A model generated the notes under the pieces. The model was not told the DNA's origin and ran no database searches. It saw nothing but the letters and a program-made list of their open reading frames with translations. A program made the translations under genes and the position numbers. Below, piece after piece: positions 1 through 13,349 of a stretch of DNA of 64,000 nucleotides (within the stretch, counting starts at the first letter, position 1; every line of letters starts with the position of its first letter). This stretch comes from Phoronis australis (Eukaryota > Animalia > Phoronida), in NCBI GenBank assembly GCA_002633005.1, contig NMRA01000027.1, positions 6,489-70,488 on the forward strand, written 5' to 3'.

Positions 1-1189
1 TACAACAGGCTTACTGCTAGTCAAGCGCCACCTGGCAGAAACTCTAACAATGACCACCATCCTGAGGAAGGAGATTACTATCCCTGTTTCTTGCCCGAAA
101 ACCCTTGGTGAATAAACAAATTCTACAACAGCAGAATTATGGAACGTCATGGGAGGACATGTCTCACTGATGAACTTGATATGCACTCCTCTCACACTCT
201 CAAGCAGACCATTTGAACAAGTTATTCACTGTAGTCAACAATAAAGTCAAAAGAACAGTTAAGCATGCCTTTTCCTGTTGGTTTATTCAATGAGGTGGAA
301 GGAGGACAGAATGGTCAAATGTTGAGGGTGTGTAACACATACTGTTGTCTCCAAACTACAATGGTTCTGCATGTTTGGAGCAGGTGTACTTTCACGGTTT
401 CGTTGTTGACACTAAAACAAGGCATGTTGTCCCAAGCAAAAATGCACAACAACTGCTTTTGCAGCGCCACCTAACTGACTGCGCAAGTAGTGAATTAGTG
501 CCTGAGCAAAATGGGTTCTTTGTGGTACAAGATGGGGGTCTGTTCCTTAGAAGCATGCATTGCTTAACTTACTAATATTAGGTGTTAGTAGTGCTGGCAT
601 ATTCAATAACTAGTTTTGAAAGTGATTTTTCCCAAGTCCATTATTCTCATGTGGTCACCACTAACATTCCTTGAGCCCCAGACAACTTTTATAATGCCTA
701 GTCATCATGGCCTTTGTATTGATGGAGATCAGAGCTAATGAAGTGGAAATGTAATAGGGTCAGATAAACTAAACAATGAATACAGTTTAATGTGTTAAAT
801 CTGCAGACCACATTAAAGCCATTAGAACAAGGAGACCCAACAGGAAGGGTTCCAACCAAACACAGTCCTATAGGTGTATAGAGATTGATCCTTTTGGCCT
901 TGCCCCAGTTTTGCATTTAGACATATAATTGACAGGCAGCAAGATGATGCAGCAAGATGATTGAGTGCAAACTGCTCTACCTCACAAACAGGTGGCAAAA
1001 GTAATCCCCAGTGCCAATTTGCTCCAGATCAGTCCTGTTTATGCACATACTTGCACTAGAACATCTTGTCAGCTGATTGGTGTAAACTTTTGTAGTGTAA
1101 GCAGCACTTATGAACAACACCAACAGTACAATGAAAGCGCTCGGAGGAGTGACACTTGGCGAAATGGACGGAAAAGACGATGATGGACA

Positions 1190-1276
1190 TGACCACCATG
1201 ATGATTATGATGATGATTATGATGATGATTATGATGATGATTATGATGATGATTATGATGATGATTATGATGATGA
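1190..1276. repeat. (GATGATTATGAT)n 12-bp compound microsatellite
   Basis: Directly visible. It produces the spurious poly-Asp/Tyr and poly-Ile ORFs. Confidence 0.95.
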
Positions 1277-1363
1277 AGGTGGCGACGATGAACAATATGA
1301 TAACATTTATATGACTAGGAAGATGTATAGAAGACAAGAATTTGATTTAAAGGCAAACAATAG

Positions 1364-3735
1364 GTTATCGGTGGTGGGCGGTTAACCAGACATGGGCGCT
1401 TAAACATGAAATTTCAAGAAATCGCGGGTGGGCGTTTAACCGAACATGGGCACTTATTACGACAGATAACCGGGGTGGACGGTTAATCTGACCTCATGAT
1501 CCCAGTCCCCACACATAATGGAACGCGTAGCTCTTTTCAGAGCTTTATCGCCACGTCGCCAAATGATGGTAAAAATGTCATAACAACGGATGATCCCAAC
1601 AAAGGTTCTGCTGCCCGCAGATTAATCATTTCAGCTAAAATTACAAAATTGCTGAGTAATAGCCCGTGCCGTCCTGCGGTCTTGTTAGAGCCGTAGACCA
1701 GTGACTATGCAGCGCTCCACTTGGATTGCAGTTATCCTCACGTGGAGATAGTGCAAAGTGCACGCGTGCAAGGTTCACGTGCTGCATAGTCACAGAAGAA
1801 CTAGTCATTTGTTAGGTGTCAAGTTCTAAGTTAGAGAGCAGTTTTAATTGTTTGTAATTAAAATTTGAAAATTTAAATTCAAGTGTTTTTTGTGTTTGGG
1901 ATGTTTATGTTCGAGATTCCATGATTCAATGACATTTTCAACGTAGGTTTTGCAGCTGTTTTATTTCCACCGCTTGGCGGAGGTTCCTGGCAGACATAAG
2001 CCAGTGGTCAATCAAAAGTTACCACAAAGGCATTACTCAAAAACAGGTACTTGAGATTTTAATTTTAAAAAATTCTAACACTATGTATGGGACGAGTCTA
2101 CAGTCGAGTCTGAGAAAGAAGTTGTTCGTACACATACCTGCGTCGGTAAAAATAATTCGAAAACGAAGCCCCCATTATTCAGGTAACCGGCACCATTGGT
2201 TTGTTATACGGCTAGATTAGTGACGAGTTCCAACGAGTAAAGCGTCCTTACCGAGTCAGTGTTGTTGCAAACAGGAATCGGTGCTAGACATAACAAGCTG
2301 TAGGTCCCATTGCCAACCTGAATTTTGAAAATGCCGGCGAGATTTTGGTCATCTTGTATTTAGTTGTAACATGCGACCTGGAATTTCCAATGTACGGACC
2401 ACGGCATACATATGAGATAAAACGTCACAAAACAGCGATGTTTCTATTCATTGTTAAACGCTCAACTTACCAAATTTTGTGGTGGAAAAACATTTTTATT
2501 TTACATGCAAGATTTCCAGATTATCCTATAGTTTATATCACCAACAACATCGCACTGTGACACTGTTCCGTCCCACTGTTTATGCGCAATATCCTCACAA
2601 ACGATCGCGACTTGGAAATGGCGGCAATTATAACGACCTGTTTCAATGTGCGTCTCGTTTTCTATGGCAAAAGACAGACGCAAACAAATTCTCAAGACCT
2701 TCTTTCCGGGGTTGAGCACGCGCATATGAGTCACCTGTCATTCACATATGCAGTCAAGGTAACTTGCACTCCAGAGTGAGGGAACTCACGCGCGCACACC
2801 ACACCAAAGTCGCACTTCAAAAGAGAACAGCGACAGTACAAAGTATAAGAGTATAACGGCTTGACTGTAGGTTTAAGCTGACCGAGGGTGTTTATTTGAC
2901 AATGAACTTGGGCCTCCTGCTGTTTTAAAAAACCAACGTTCCCCAAAAATGCCACGTGAAGTCTCAGTTCTGATAATTCTTGGCTTGATGTTCCTTAGGC
3001 CCGATGGGTTCACCCCCTCCCCCCACTGCTACCAATTTTCAGTCAGCCTACGACGTAGATATTTAAGACTCGAATGGGAAGGATTTTGTTCCAGCTGAAA
3101 CTAGCCAATGAAGAAACAAAATTTCTCGGGAGGGGTAAAATTGGAAACAATATTCACAAAGTTAAGGTAATTCCTCAACATCCGAGAGCTTCCCACCTAA
3201 AGCGAATTAGGAGTGTTGGCAAGACCACTGTCACATTTCTCTGGCTTTATATTTTCGAATACGTGTTTTATATAGAGCACTGCGGACAGAAACTTAGTGC
3301 GGCAGACGGCATCGCTGAAATCGTAGGTATTGAAGCCAGCGGCGGGATTCTTAGTTTTGCGAACATGGGAAGAAAATAAAGTGAAAAAGCGTTCAAGGTA
3401 TTACGTTTTGAAGCAAATCCATGACTCGGGACAATAATTTGTTACTTGTATTATAACTCACATTGCCAAACCACCGTCTCCGACGCTATTGCACTCTTTG
3501 TTATCATCGATTTGTATCTAAAAATGGGTAATCGCGTGTGATCCTTAGCATTGGGCGCGTAATCATCAATCTTCAAGTTGGGAATGGGTGCTTAACCGAG
3601 AGGTGGGTGCTTAACTCGAAATCTTCAAAAACTGCGGGGTGGTTAACCGAGCAGTGGGCGGTTAAATCGAAAATCCACCTAAAGTAGGAGATGGGCGGTT
3701 AGTGAACATGGGCGTTAACCCAAATGTTTAGGGTA
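1364..3735 (+). mobile_element. Non-autonomous TIR DNA transposon family A, copy 1 (Tc1/mariner-superfamily-like, Tc2/pogo-type ends; left terminus truncated)
   Basis: Ends GGGCGTTAACCCAAATGTTTAGGG-TA. Subterminal GGGCG(G/C)TTAA repeats at both ends. Colinear with 15650-17190 (direct) and 48450-50333 (inverted). Confidence 0.8.
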
Positions 3736-4372
3736 CTCCATAGGCTTCCTCCGACACCAACAGCTAGATTAGAAGTAAATCAGTGAAAGAATTACCTTTG
3801 TAAGGTCTGACACCAACTCCTCATCAGTGTTCCCATCAACTAAGCTACACCATCAATACACTGGTCAACATTCCTAGCAAGCTAATCCTAATCCTGTTCT
3901 GTCATGTTTACACTTCACAACAGGTCCTTTACCCAGCCACTACCAGACATCACACTCAGATGTTAGAGGCTCACAAGTGCTGGGTGATGCTTGACTAATG
4001 TTATATACAAGGCAATATCCACACAACCAATGCCAGTGACACANAAATGTTTAGGGTACTCCATAGGCTTCCTCCGACACCAAGAACTAGATTAGAAGTA
4101 AATCAGTGAAAGAATTACCTTTGTATGGTCTGACACCAACTCTTCCTCAGTGTTCCCATCAACTAAGCTACACCATCAATACACTGGTCAACATTGCTAG
4201 CAAGCTAATCCTAATCCTGTTCTGTCATGTTTACACTTCACAACAGGTCCTTTACCCAGCCTTATAACTACCAGACATCACACTCAGATGTTAGTGGCTC
4301 ACAAGTGCTGGGTGATGCTTGACTAATGTTATATACAAGGCAATATCCACACAACCAATGCCAGTGACACAC
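3722..4372. repeat. Near-identical ~325-bp direct duplication joined at a single N (4044)
   Basis: 3722-4043 is approximately 4045-4372 with a few SNPs and one indel. Probably a contig-overlap or haplotype artefact. Confidence 0.85.
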
Positions 4373-5119
4373 ATAATTGGCCCAATATTGACTAATAAAG
4401 TCCACCTGAGCAGCTAACAGTTACAGGTGCAAACAATGCTCGTCAATAAGGATCAATAAAACTAGCATGGGAAAAGGGCTTGAAGAACATAATACTCAGC
4501 TGATTGCCACTAACCTTAGACCAGTGTCATTCACACAAAATCATAAGATTCAGCATCAATAGTCACATTTAGTTGCCAGCACTGAGTGATGATTGCCATT
4601 TTATTTCAAGACCCTTTGCAAATTAAGTTCTGTTTTTACCATGGATCACTGGTAAAACATGGTGTAAACATAAACATATTATTTGATTATTAAGACAGTA
4701 ATGGATTTAATTATTTTGATGAACAAATTACCTCGTAGATGATGTCTTTAAATACAGGCAGAAATAACTGAAATTTTACAGTCTAACACGTCACTCTGAA
4801 TTGTTCCATAACAGGACATGACATTTTAAGGCAAAGAACTTGAATTGCATACCACTCTCTTTTGTAACCAGTAATACATATCAAGCTGGTCACTTAGTAT
4901 CCACTTAACCACAATATGCACTATTAATTATATTGGTATTTTATATTTGGATTATCAATAATTATTAACTCACAGCATCAAAAGTAATGTGATATGGGTG
5001 CCTATATTTATGTATTAATCTTGGAGTAGCATTGCCATGTGTTACCAAGGAGACAGCTACAAAGCACAATACTTGTAGTAGCACTAGTGCCCATTAGAGA
5101 GAAATTAAAGTATGAATAA

Positions 5120-5910
5120 TGAACAGCAATCTGAAGACACAGTGACATTGCACTGTGAACAGCAATCTAAACACAGAGACATTGCACTGTGAACAGCAAT
5201 CTAAACACAGAGACATTGCACTGTGAACAGCAATCTAAACACATACTTTAGACATTGCACTGTGAACAGCAATCTAAACACATAGACATTGCACTGTGAA
5301 CAGCAATCTAATCACAGAGACATTGCAGTTAATTATTTGGTGAAAACTTGTTTTCAGTCAATCTAACCAAACGTGCCTTAAACATACTCCCTGCTTCAAC
5401 ATTCACTCATAATGTCAACTCAATTTTCAGTGCCGAATTAACTTAATTATCGCTAAAACTTTTAATTTTGAGACCGCATCCTACTTAAAAGTATGTGAAC
5501 ACAGAGAGACATTGAACTGTGAACAGCAACCTGATCTTAGGAAGTTATTGAACGATGAACAGCAATCTGAACACAGACATTGAACTGTGAACGGCAATCT
5601 AAACACAGAGAGGCATTGAACCATTAACAACAACCTGAACACAGATACACTGAACTGTGAACAGCAATCTGGACAGAGATAGGCATTGAACTATGAACAG
5701 CAACATGAACACAGAGAGGCATTGAACTGTGAACAGCAACATGAACACAGAGATGCATTGAACTGTGAATAGTCACATGAACACAGAGATGCATTGAACT
5801 GTGAACAGCCACATGAACACAGAGAGGCATTGAACTGTAAACAGCAACATGAACACAGAGATGCATTGAACTGTGAACAGCCACATGAACACAGAGAAGC
5901 ATTGAACACA
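5120..5910. repeat. Minisatellite, ~30-36-bp unit (acacagagacattg[a/c]actgtgaacagcaa...), two blocks 5120-5330 and 5497-5910
   Basis: Directly visible. A further block lies at 6903-7075. Confidence 0.9.
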
Positions 5911-6442
5911 AACCATTTCATGTAAACATCACCTAAAGCTCATTGCTTCATTAAACAAAGCAGATAAATAACCAAAAGAAGTATGCGGAAATTGACACAT
6001 TTTATTACAACAGAAAAGCTGTAAGCCATGACAGAGGCAGATGGAGTGTGAAAACATACTGGAAAAGTACTGCCAATCTGTGCACACACTATTATGGTGG
6101 AGAGGTTTTGCTTGCCCTTGGCCTGTTCACAAAATTGGAAAAAATCTATAATTTTGTGACAATCTGTTTCTAAGAGTAATATGTGTTGCTCCTACTGGTT
6201 GCATTGAAGAATACTTTGCCTTACACAGTATATCTTTGATGCAGCACATCAGTATACACAGGCTTGAAACTGTTCCTAAGATCAATACCAAGTCGACTAA
6301 TGTTGAAGACAAACTAGCAAGTTATGAAACTGATAGCCGGATTCATTTGAATCCCAAAGGTCAGCAGCTCCATCTGTTGTCAGCTGAACTTGCAGACCTA
6401 AAGATCACAGAAAAACATAATGTTTCCCAAGTCCGTTATTTA

Positions 6443-6693
6443 GAGGAGGCAGTGGGGCCTGGTTGATAAGTGCCCGCTTTCTTTACTCGAGGTCGTGGGT
6501 TCAAGTCCCACCAGGTCACACTGCTAAACCCTTGGGCCGGGTTTCTAGCTCCTCAGCTCGGTTTTAACCATATATCAATAAAGCATAAAAATATTTCCAG
6601 GTGATCAGTGCAATGGGCCCACATGCGAGGCCTGCGCACGTCTGATACAACGTGTATCAGACCACCTGCAATTATTTTTTTTATTATATTATT
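6443..6693 (+). mobile_element. tRNA-derived SINE, copy 1
   Basis: A-box-like GGCCTGGTTGATAAG and B-box GGTTCAAGTCC. 3' hairpin GTCTGATACA-acg-TGTATCAGAC (6640-6662) and a T/(ATT)-rich tail. Homologues at 7613 and 63830. Confidence 0.8.
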
Positions 6694-7612
6694 AAAGGCG
6701 AAGGCAACCTTTTTCCATGTCATTTTGAGCTAAAATAAGGTTGGTTGGTTATCCTAGACATATTTTTCACTTAATTACAGTTTTTCCTAATTTTATTAAT
6801 TACTCGTCCGCTTTTCCGGAAGTGACGTTTTAGGAGGCAAGCGCTTCCCGCCACTTGGTTTTGCGTTGAGCTTACTGTGCGATTCTGTTCTATTCTACTT
6901 TTGAGACATTGAACTGTGAACAGCAACATGAACACAGAGACATTGAACTGTGAACAGTCACATGAACACAGATGCATTGAACTGTGAACAGCAACATGAA
7001 CACAGAGAGACATTGAACTGTGAACAGCCACATGAACACAGAGAAGCATTGAACTGTGAACAGCACAAGAACACAAACCATTTCATGTAAACATCACCTA
7101 AAGCTCATTGCTTCATTAAACAAAGCAGATAAATAACCAAAAGAAGTATGCGGAAATTGACACATATAATTTTATTACAACAGAAAAGCTGTAAGCCATG
7201 ACAGAGGCAGATGGAGTGTGAAAACATACTGGAAAAGTACTGCCAATCTGTGCACACACTATTATGGTGGAGAGGTTTTGCTTGACCTTGGCCAGTTCAC
7301 AAAATTGGAAAAAATCTATAATTTTGTGACAATCTGTTTCTAAGAGTACTATGTGTTGCTCCTACTGGTTGCATTGAAGAATACTTTGCCTTACACAGTA
7401 TATCTTTTATGCAGCACATCAGTATACACAGGCTTGAAACTGTTCCTAAGATCAATACCAAGTCGACTAATGTTGAAGACAAACTATCAAGTTATGAAAC
7501 TGATAGCCGGATTCATTTGAATCCCAAAGGTCAGCAGCTCCATCTGTTGTCAGCTGAACTTGCAGACCTAAAGATCACAGAAAAACATAATGTTTCCCAA
7601 GTCCGTTATTTA

Positions 7613-7864
7613 GAGGAGGCAGTGTGGCCTGGTTGATAAGTGCCCGCTTTCTTTACTCGAGGTCGTGGGTTCAAGTCCCACCAGGTCACACTGCTAAACC
7701 CTTGAGCCGGGTTTCTAGCTCCTCAGCTCGGTTTTAACCATATATCAATAAAGCATAAAAATATTTCCAGGTGATCAGTGCAATGGGCCCACATGCGAGG
7801 CCTGCGCACGTCTGATACAACGTGTATCAGACCACCTGCAATTATTTTTTTTATTATATTATTA
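7613..7864 (+). mobile_element. tRNA-derived SINE, copy 2 (inside the duplication)
   Basis: Nearly identical to 6443-6693. Confidence 0.8.
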
Positions 7865-8344
7865 AATCCGTTATTGGATAATTGATGCAGAGAACGTGAA
7901 GACATTATGTATCCAATTACATGATGTACTTTATTATTGGCTCGGAAACTTGGTACAAAAAGTGTATAACATAAATGTATGAAAACAAGAGCAACACAAG
8001 ACAATGACATGCAGTATCAGTGCATCGCAAATGGTATGTTCCTAGGGACACCAACTTTAAAATTAGCGCGTAAGTAAATAACAACATATCTATCCAACGT
8101 TTCGGTTTATTACTCTAAGCCATTCAAGGAAACAGTTCACAGACTCTAAACAGGTGACACAGGTAGAAAAGAGACTGTGAGCACTATCATCAAAATCTTC
8201 ATACTTATGCACTAATGCATGTGATTTTAGTATATCTAAAATGGGCTGAGTATATTCAATAGGTTATAAAAAAATTCAAAGTGGAGTTGGGATGTCTAAA
8301 CAATTACCAGAGATTACTTTTAACAACAGACCTCATGCATACCA

Positions 8345-8745
8345 AGACCAGCATTTAATCACATGGTTTTAGTGACAAGACCAGCATATGATCACATGGT
8401 TTAAGTGACAAGACCAGCATAAGACAATATAGTCTTAGTGACAAGACCAGCATATATGATCACATGGTTTTAGTGACAAGACCAGCATATGATCACATGG
8501 TTTTAGTGACAAGACCAGCATAAGACCATATGGTCTTAGTGACAAGACCAGCATATGAGCACATGGTCATAGTGTCAAAACCAACATATAACAATTTGAT
8601 ATTGGAGACAAAATCAGCAAATGACCATGTGGACTTAGTGACAAGACCAGCATATGACCACAGGTCATAGTGTCAAAACTAACATATGACCACATAGTCT
8701 GAGTGATAAGACCAGCATATGGCCACCTGGTCATAGTGAGAAGAC
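8345..8745. repeat. Minisatellite, ~32-bp unit (agtgacaagaccagcatatgatcacatggtttt)
   Basis: About 12 degenerate tandem copies. Confidence 0.9.
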
Positions 8746-9324
8746 TGCAACATTACAGATCTACAGTTTTCAGATACTTTTTTACCCCTTCATGAAAGTT
8801 CACACCATCGACCTTCTTCCAAGTCCAAAATACTTCTCATCTGCTCTCAGTATCTTCAGACATCGTCTGCTTTTCATATTTAAACACAACCATTGAAAGG
8901 TTATCACATACAAACATGTTATAACACAGAATGCTCAGACATCATCTACAATATAATTTTCAAATGCAGACACTAAATGGGTGAAACCACAGAAACATTC
9001 TATACATTGATCTGATATATAGCAATTGCTGGGTCATGGGACTACTTATAACCAGTAATGACATTACATGATTGGCCAGTTCAAAGAGCCATAATTGGGT
9101 TTGTACAAGTCCCATATGGGACCAGCAAGTAAATCACACAGGATAGCCAAAGAGAGAGTCAACTGGAGTCTATCATATAGTTACTACTTAATTATGCACC
9201 AAGTCAGTACACCATGCACTGCTCAGCCAAAGAGAGAGTCAACTGGAGTCTATCATACAGTTACTACTTAATTATGCACCAAGTCAGTACCATGCACTGC
9301 TCTGGCAAAGAATTAATGAAAAAC

Positions 9325-9620
9325 AGAAATAAGGTTTGTACAATTTTCGCTACTCAAGGTGTACCTGAGATGCTTAAAACAGACAATGGCCGACCCTTTA
9401 CTATTCATGAATTCTGTCGATTCCCGAGTTATTGTGAAATTAGCACAGCTGAGTTATCCCACAGTGGCACAGAGCTAATGACATATGAAAACTGTGAATA
9501 CAGTCATTCTAATGGAAACTGCTGAAGAAAACTTGTGGAAACAGGAGGTATTTTTGACATTGAGAAATTTCCATGCAATCCCTTACTCTACAACCAGTGT
9601 AGCTCCTACCAATTATTGTT
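9325..9620 (+). mobile_element. Decayed Ty3/Gypsy-type integrase fragment
   Basis: IFATQGVPEMLKTDNGRPFTIHEF matches the rve core G.P..L.(S/T)DNG..F...EF. LRNFHAIPYSTTSVAP resembles YR.TPH.TTG..P. Frameshifted. Confidence 0.75.
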
Positions 9621-10968
9621 TGGGTCTAAAATCCAATTACTATCATAATTGTTACTTGAATTACTGTAGTAACAACGACCCCTATCTCGTGACCCTGATG
9701 ATCAACAAAGACGGAACTCCCAGGTGGATCAGCAGCACCCAGGAACACATCAGATTCAATTACACATATAATTTGAAACTGTAACCCTTCTTTTCTTTCC
9801 ACAAAGGAATTAAAACAATATTTTGAACTAGAAAAATTAAGATATATCCATAGACTAGATTTATTTGATAAGAGATGGTCTGAGTATGAACTATCATTAG
9901 GGTAATGACCTCCCAAGAAGGATCATAATGTCCAACCTGTGAGTTTTTAGTGGATTCTTGCCTGTGATGCATGAACAGAGGATTGGTGGAAATAGTTGAC
10001 TGTGTTAATTGTTAGTTGGAGGGGACACACTGCATTGATTATTGCAGTAGACAATAGATGGCGTGTGTAGTATACGGGTGGGTTGGCATACTGGTGTGGT
10101 TCAGCACCAAGTAGTGTTAACTAGTGGATGTTTACAATGGCATCTCACGGAGACGGAACAATAAATCCGGATTACTTTAAAAACAGCTAGTAGATGGCAA
10201 AAATGTGCTTGATATAAATATAACGGCCTTGGAACAAGGATGCAGCTAGGTTGTTTTAGTGGACATAGTACTTTTCAGGTTAATAATCAAGTCAGTTTAC
10301 AAAAGACAGTCTCTATAGAAACCAGTAGATTTTCAAAAGTCAGTCTATATGTCAAAATGCGAAACAACTTCATTTTTTTGTACATGGGTAGCTATCCTAA
10401 CAAAAATCTAAATGCCACATTTTGTGCACTCAATGATCCCAATTTCACCGGTGGAACATAAGACCCCAACTGATCATAAAAGCTGTCCCAAAAATTAATG
10501 TTTTCAGCAACGAAAATAAATAACTTCCAAAATAGATTGAAAGTTGTGCTTTGATGGCTGGAATAACAAATGTATACAGCGCACAATTATTTGGCATTTA
10601 TTCAAACTTAACAACTTTGAGGTAGACAAGGGAGATAATCCACAGACCACTTTCCTCAGCTAATTTCAGCGACAGTTTTTGTGACCCTTGTACCACCCTA
10701 CTGCACCTTGAAGCTTTATGTAACCTTTTGAGCATACAGTTAAAGAGTTAATCTTGATGACCGGACTATACTGTCACTAGTTAGACTAACTGAGCCATGA
10801 CAAAGGCAGTATGAAACATCCTGCCACCAGAGGGCAATCATTCTTAAAAGCCAGATAAAAGAAAACAAAGCATACACTCTTTTCGTCAATTGAATGTTCA
10901 GAAAACTTATCCTCACTGTGACTGAGTAATTCCTAATGCAGTTCAACCTTAAGAGAAAAAGTACTTAC

Positions 10969-11135
10969 AAAAGATGAGAACTCGGTCATCGCATGGTCAT
11001 TGGTATGATTAGCCGATGTACGTCCACGCCAGAAACAATCCTGGCATAAATGATAATCTGAGCAACTTTGACAATGGTAGCGAAAGCCGGTAAAGGACTC
11101 TTTGTGGCAGGCGGAACATTGGACAGGGTGAAGCA
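10969..11135 (-). CDS. Dyb: Dystrobrevin coding exon 7, ZZ zinc finger (VLHPVQCSACHKESFTGFRYHCQSCSDYHLCQDCFWRG...HAMTEFSSF)
   Basis: Inside ORF 10933..11199. ttttctcttacAG acceptor and GTAAGT donor. 167 nt, phase 1-0. Complete CxxC-CxxC-CxxC-H-H ZZ pattern. Confidence 0.97.
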
Positions 11136-11164
11136 CTGTAAGAGAAAAGGCAAAGCTGTGAAGA

Positions 11165-11475
11165 TCAAGTACAATAGACAGTGAGGTGGATACAGTCAAG
11201 TACTGTACTACACATGGTCAAGTACAATAGACAGTCAGGTGGATACAGTCAAGTACTGTAGTGGACACCGTCAGGTTCTGTAATGGACACGGTCAATTAC
11301 TGCTTAGCAGTAAGCATGGTGAGATACAGTTAGTAGACACGGTCAGGTACAGTAATAGACAGGGCCTCGTATCTTAGTAGATATGGTCAAGTACTGTAGC
11401 AGATATGGTGAGATACTGTAGCGAACATGGACAATGTAGACATGGTCAGATAATCCAGTAGACATGGCCTCGAAT
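11165..11475. repeat. Degenerate ~22-23-bp minisatellite next to the exon-7 acceptor
   Basis: Repeated ggtcaagtac..tagtagacac units. Confidence 0.7.
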
Positions 11476-11499
11476 TGTATTCGAAGTGCCCATTCAGTT

Positions 11500-12565
11500 G
11501 ACGACTGTCTCACAAATAAAAAAACTTGTTGTTAAAAGCATGAAGCCAGGTAGCGCGTGATACATGCGTTACTTGCCATCGCAGACATTAGTCTTCGGAA
11601 GCTAGCCACAAAACTACGGGTAGCATATCGGCAAGAAATAAATATTGGCACTTATTTCAGAAACTTTCTAATGCCGTAAAAAACTTTTGTGTTACTTTTA
11701 AGAGGGATTTCTTTATTAATCACTTTTTAATATATTCATAATTGGTGTTTCTAAAGTGACCTGATAAATGCTCCACTGATAATAGACAATCCGCCTCCAA
11801 ATCTTCCGAAAAATAACTGTCAGACTGTCACACATCCAGTCACCTGGCAACTCAATGACACTCAGCCTCAGGTCCTACAGAGACGATTCTCACACATTTT
11901 AATAGTAGATGTGATCAGCAAGTGCTAAATAAAAAGCATTCTCGTGATACTGCTTGTGTTATTTCTTTAGTTACAACGTACACCTAAATCATTACATTGC
12001 GCTTACTCCATCAAATGAACACTGATAACATGCATGTGTTCACTCACTCACACATGCAGACCATCTTCAAAACAAACGTACAACATGTGTGTTCGTCCAC
12101 AGATTTTTCTCATTTGCTGGGTACGATCTTGAACTAATATCTTGTTCTTAATTAAACGCCGACTCTACAGGAAATTAAAATGTTAGAGACGCTATTTGGA
12201 AAACTTAAGTGAGAATTTCAGGTAATTTGTAAAATCAAAACTATATTTTTATTCCAGCTGCCATGTCGACGATCGTGAGGCAGTGGCGCATCATCGAGTT
12301 TTTGTCCTGGGATCTCAGCACAATTTTCTGTAAAATGATCGTAATTTAACAAAAAAGTTTCATAACAATGCGCCACAATTTTGTAGAAAGTCTGTCATAG
12401 GCTACAGATACATAACATAGCGTAAGTTTGATGAATCCTTCAGCTTCCAATTTTACCCGTTTCGGAGACCGGGTTTCAACTGTCCTGGGTTACAATAAGC
12501 GCATTATCCCCCCAAAACGAATTTTACTAAACAGCCCCGGGTGCCTTATTAGGGTGAATACGGTA
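11500..12565 (-). mobile_element. TIR family B, partial inverted copy
   Basis: Ends TTATTAGGGTGAATACGG-TA. Reverse-complement homology to ~34645-35590. Confidence 0.8.
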
Positions 12566-13349
12566 CTGTTAACCGCCTGTTAGTAAAGCAAACTAATGTT
12601 ACTTTACTGTTGCTAAAATCAGGCTCTGATTTCACGTACGTTTATGCGATAAAAACGAGATGTAGATTCACACACATAGTAATTGAGACATTGTTGAGTC
12701 ACGATCATATAAAACGGTACCGTGCCATGGTGATTTATTGTCGGGGAAATAGTTAGTGGATAATCAAGATATCTTACGTGAAAAATATTTTTTTTTTCAT
12801 CAAAGAGTTCGGTAAGTTTGTCGTCAGATTTAGTATGAAACGTAGCAGTTGTATGGCATTTTACATGGGTGCACATAGTTCGAAAATTGGTTCGTCGTGG
12901 GTCACAAGTGAATCAATAGCACCCTATCTGAGACCTACGCCGCTGTTCGGTTTGAAGGATGCTTTACATGACACGATTGTTTTGCTTAGTAATTGCATTA
13001 TCAATCGACATTGATGCCTAACGTCGGCTATGTTTCTAATTTGTGACGTTCCTTGAGCATAACTACACTTGATTTTTTACTGTCCCGGCAGCCGATCAGC
13101 TGCTCAGGTTGTGGTTTGGGAGGTAATGTGTTGCTCACAACGATGATGTCAATAGACCAGTCTACTGTGATTCATCGGGAGGATAAAACGGGTTTCCGAT
13201 GGGGGCACATAATATGGGGTGCATAAAATATTTAGTAATTAGTTAGTGAGCGGTTGTGTGGAATAAAACGAAACAAAGATATGCTGCACAAAAGTACATG
13301 TTTTTAACATATCTAAAAGGCAGTTGGCTCATTTTTGCCTATCTTTAAG

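Larger units (their letters stand above)
5860..7864. repeat. Direct duplication of ~830 bp at ~1170-bp offset (5860-6693 vs 7030-7864): minisatellite end, possible LINE RT fragment, SINE
   Basis: Paired near-identical ORFs 6127/7297 and 6236/7409. Confidence 0.9.

Noticed and set aside
1-920. Possible L1/Tx1 endonuclease remnant (INLYTP)
   Set aside because: Only isolated short motifs, too decayed to support a call.
1056-1385. Poly-Ile and Asp/Tyr-rich ORFs (possible acidic biomineralisation protein)
   Set aside because: They are translations of a 12-bp microsatellite. There is no signal peptide or splice support.
2582-2779. Conserved ORF (NDRDLEMAAIITTCFNVRLVFYGKR) also at 48810-49100
   Set aside because: The similarity follows from family A nucleotide homology. 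The third copy is divergent and no domain is recognisable.
3722-4372. Biological tandem duplication
   Set aside because: The copies are joined exactly at a single N, the typical signature of a contig-overlap artefact.
6443-6520. tRNA gene
   Set aside because: No convincing cloverleaf. It continues into a shared SINE body and tail, with three copies in the window.
5624-7081. Cys/His-rich repetitive ORFs (metallothionein-like)
   Set aside because: They are stop-free readings of a minisatellite.
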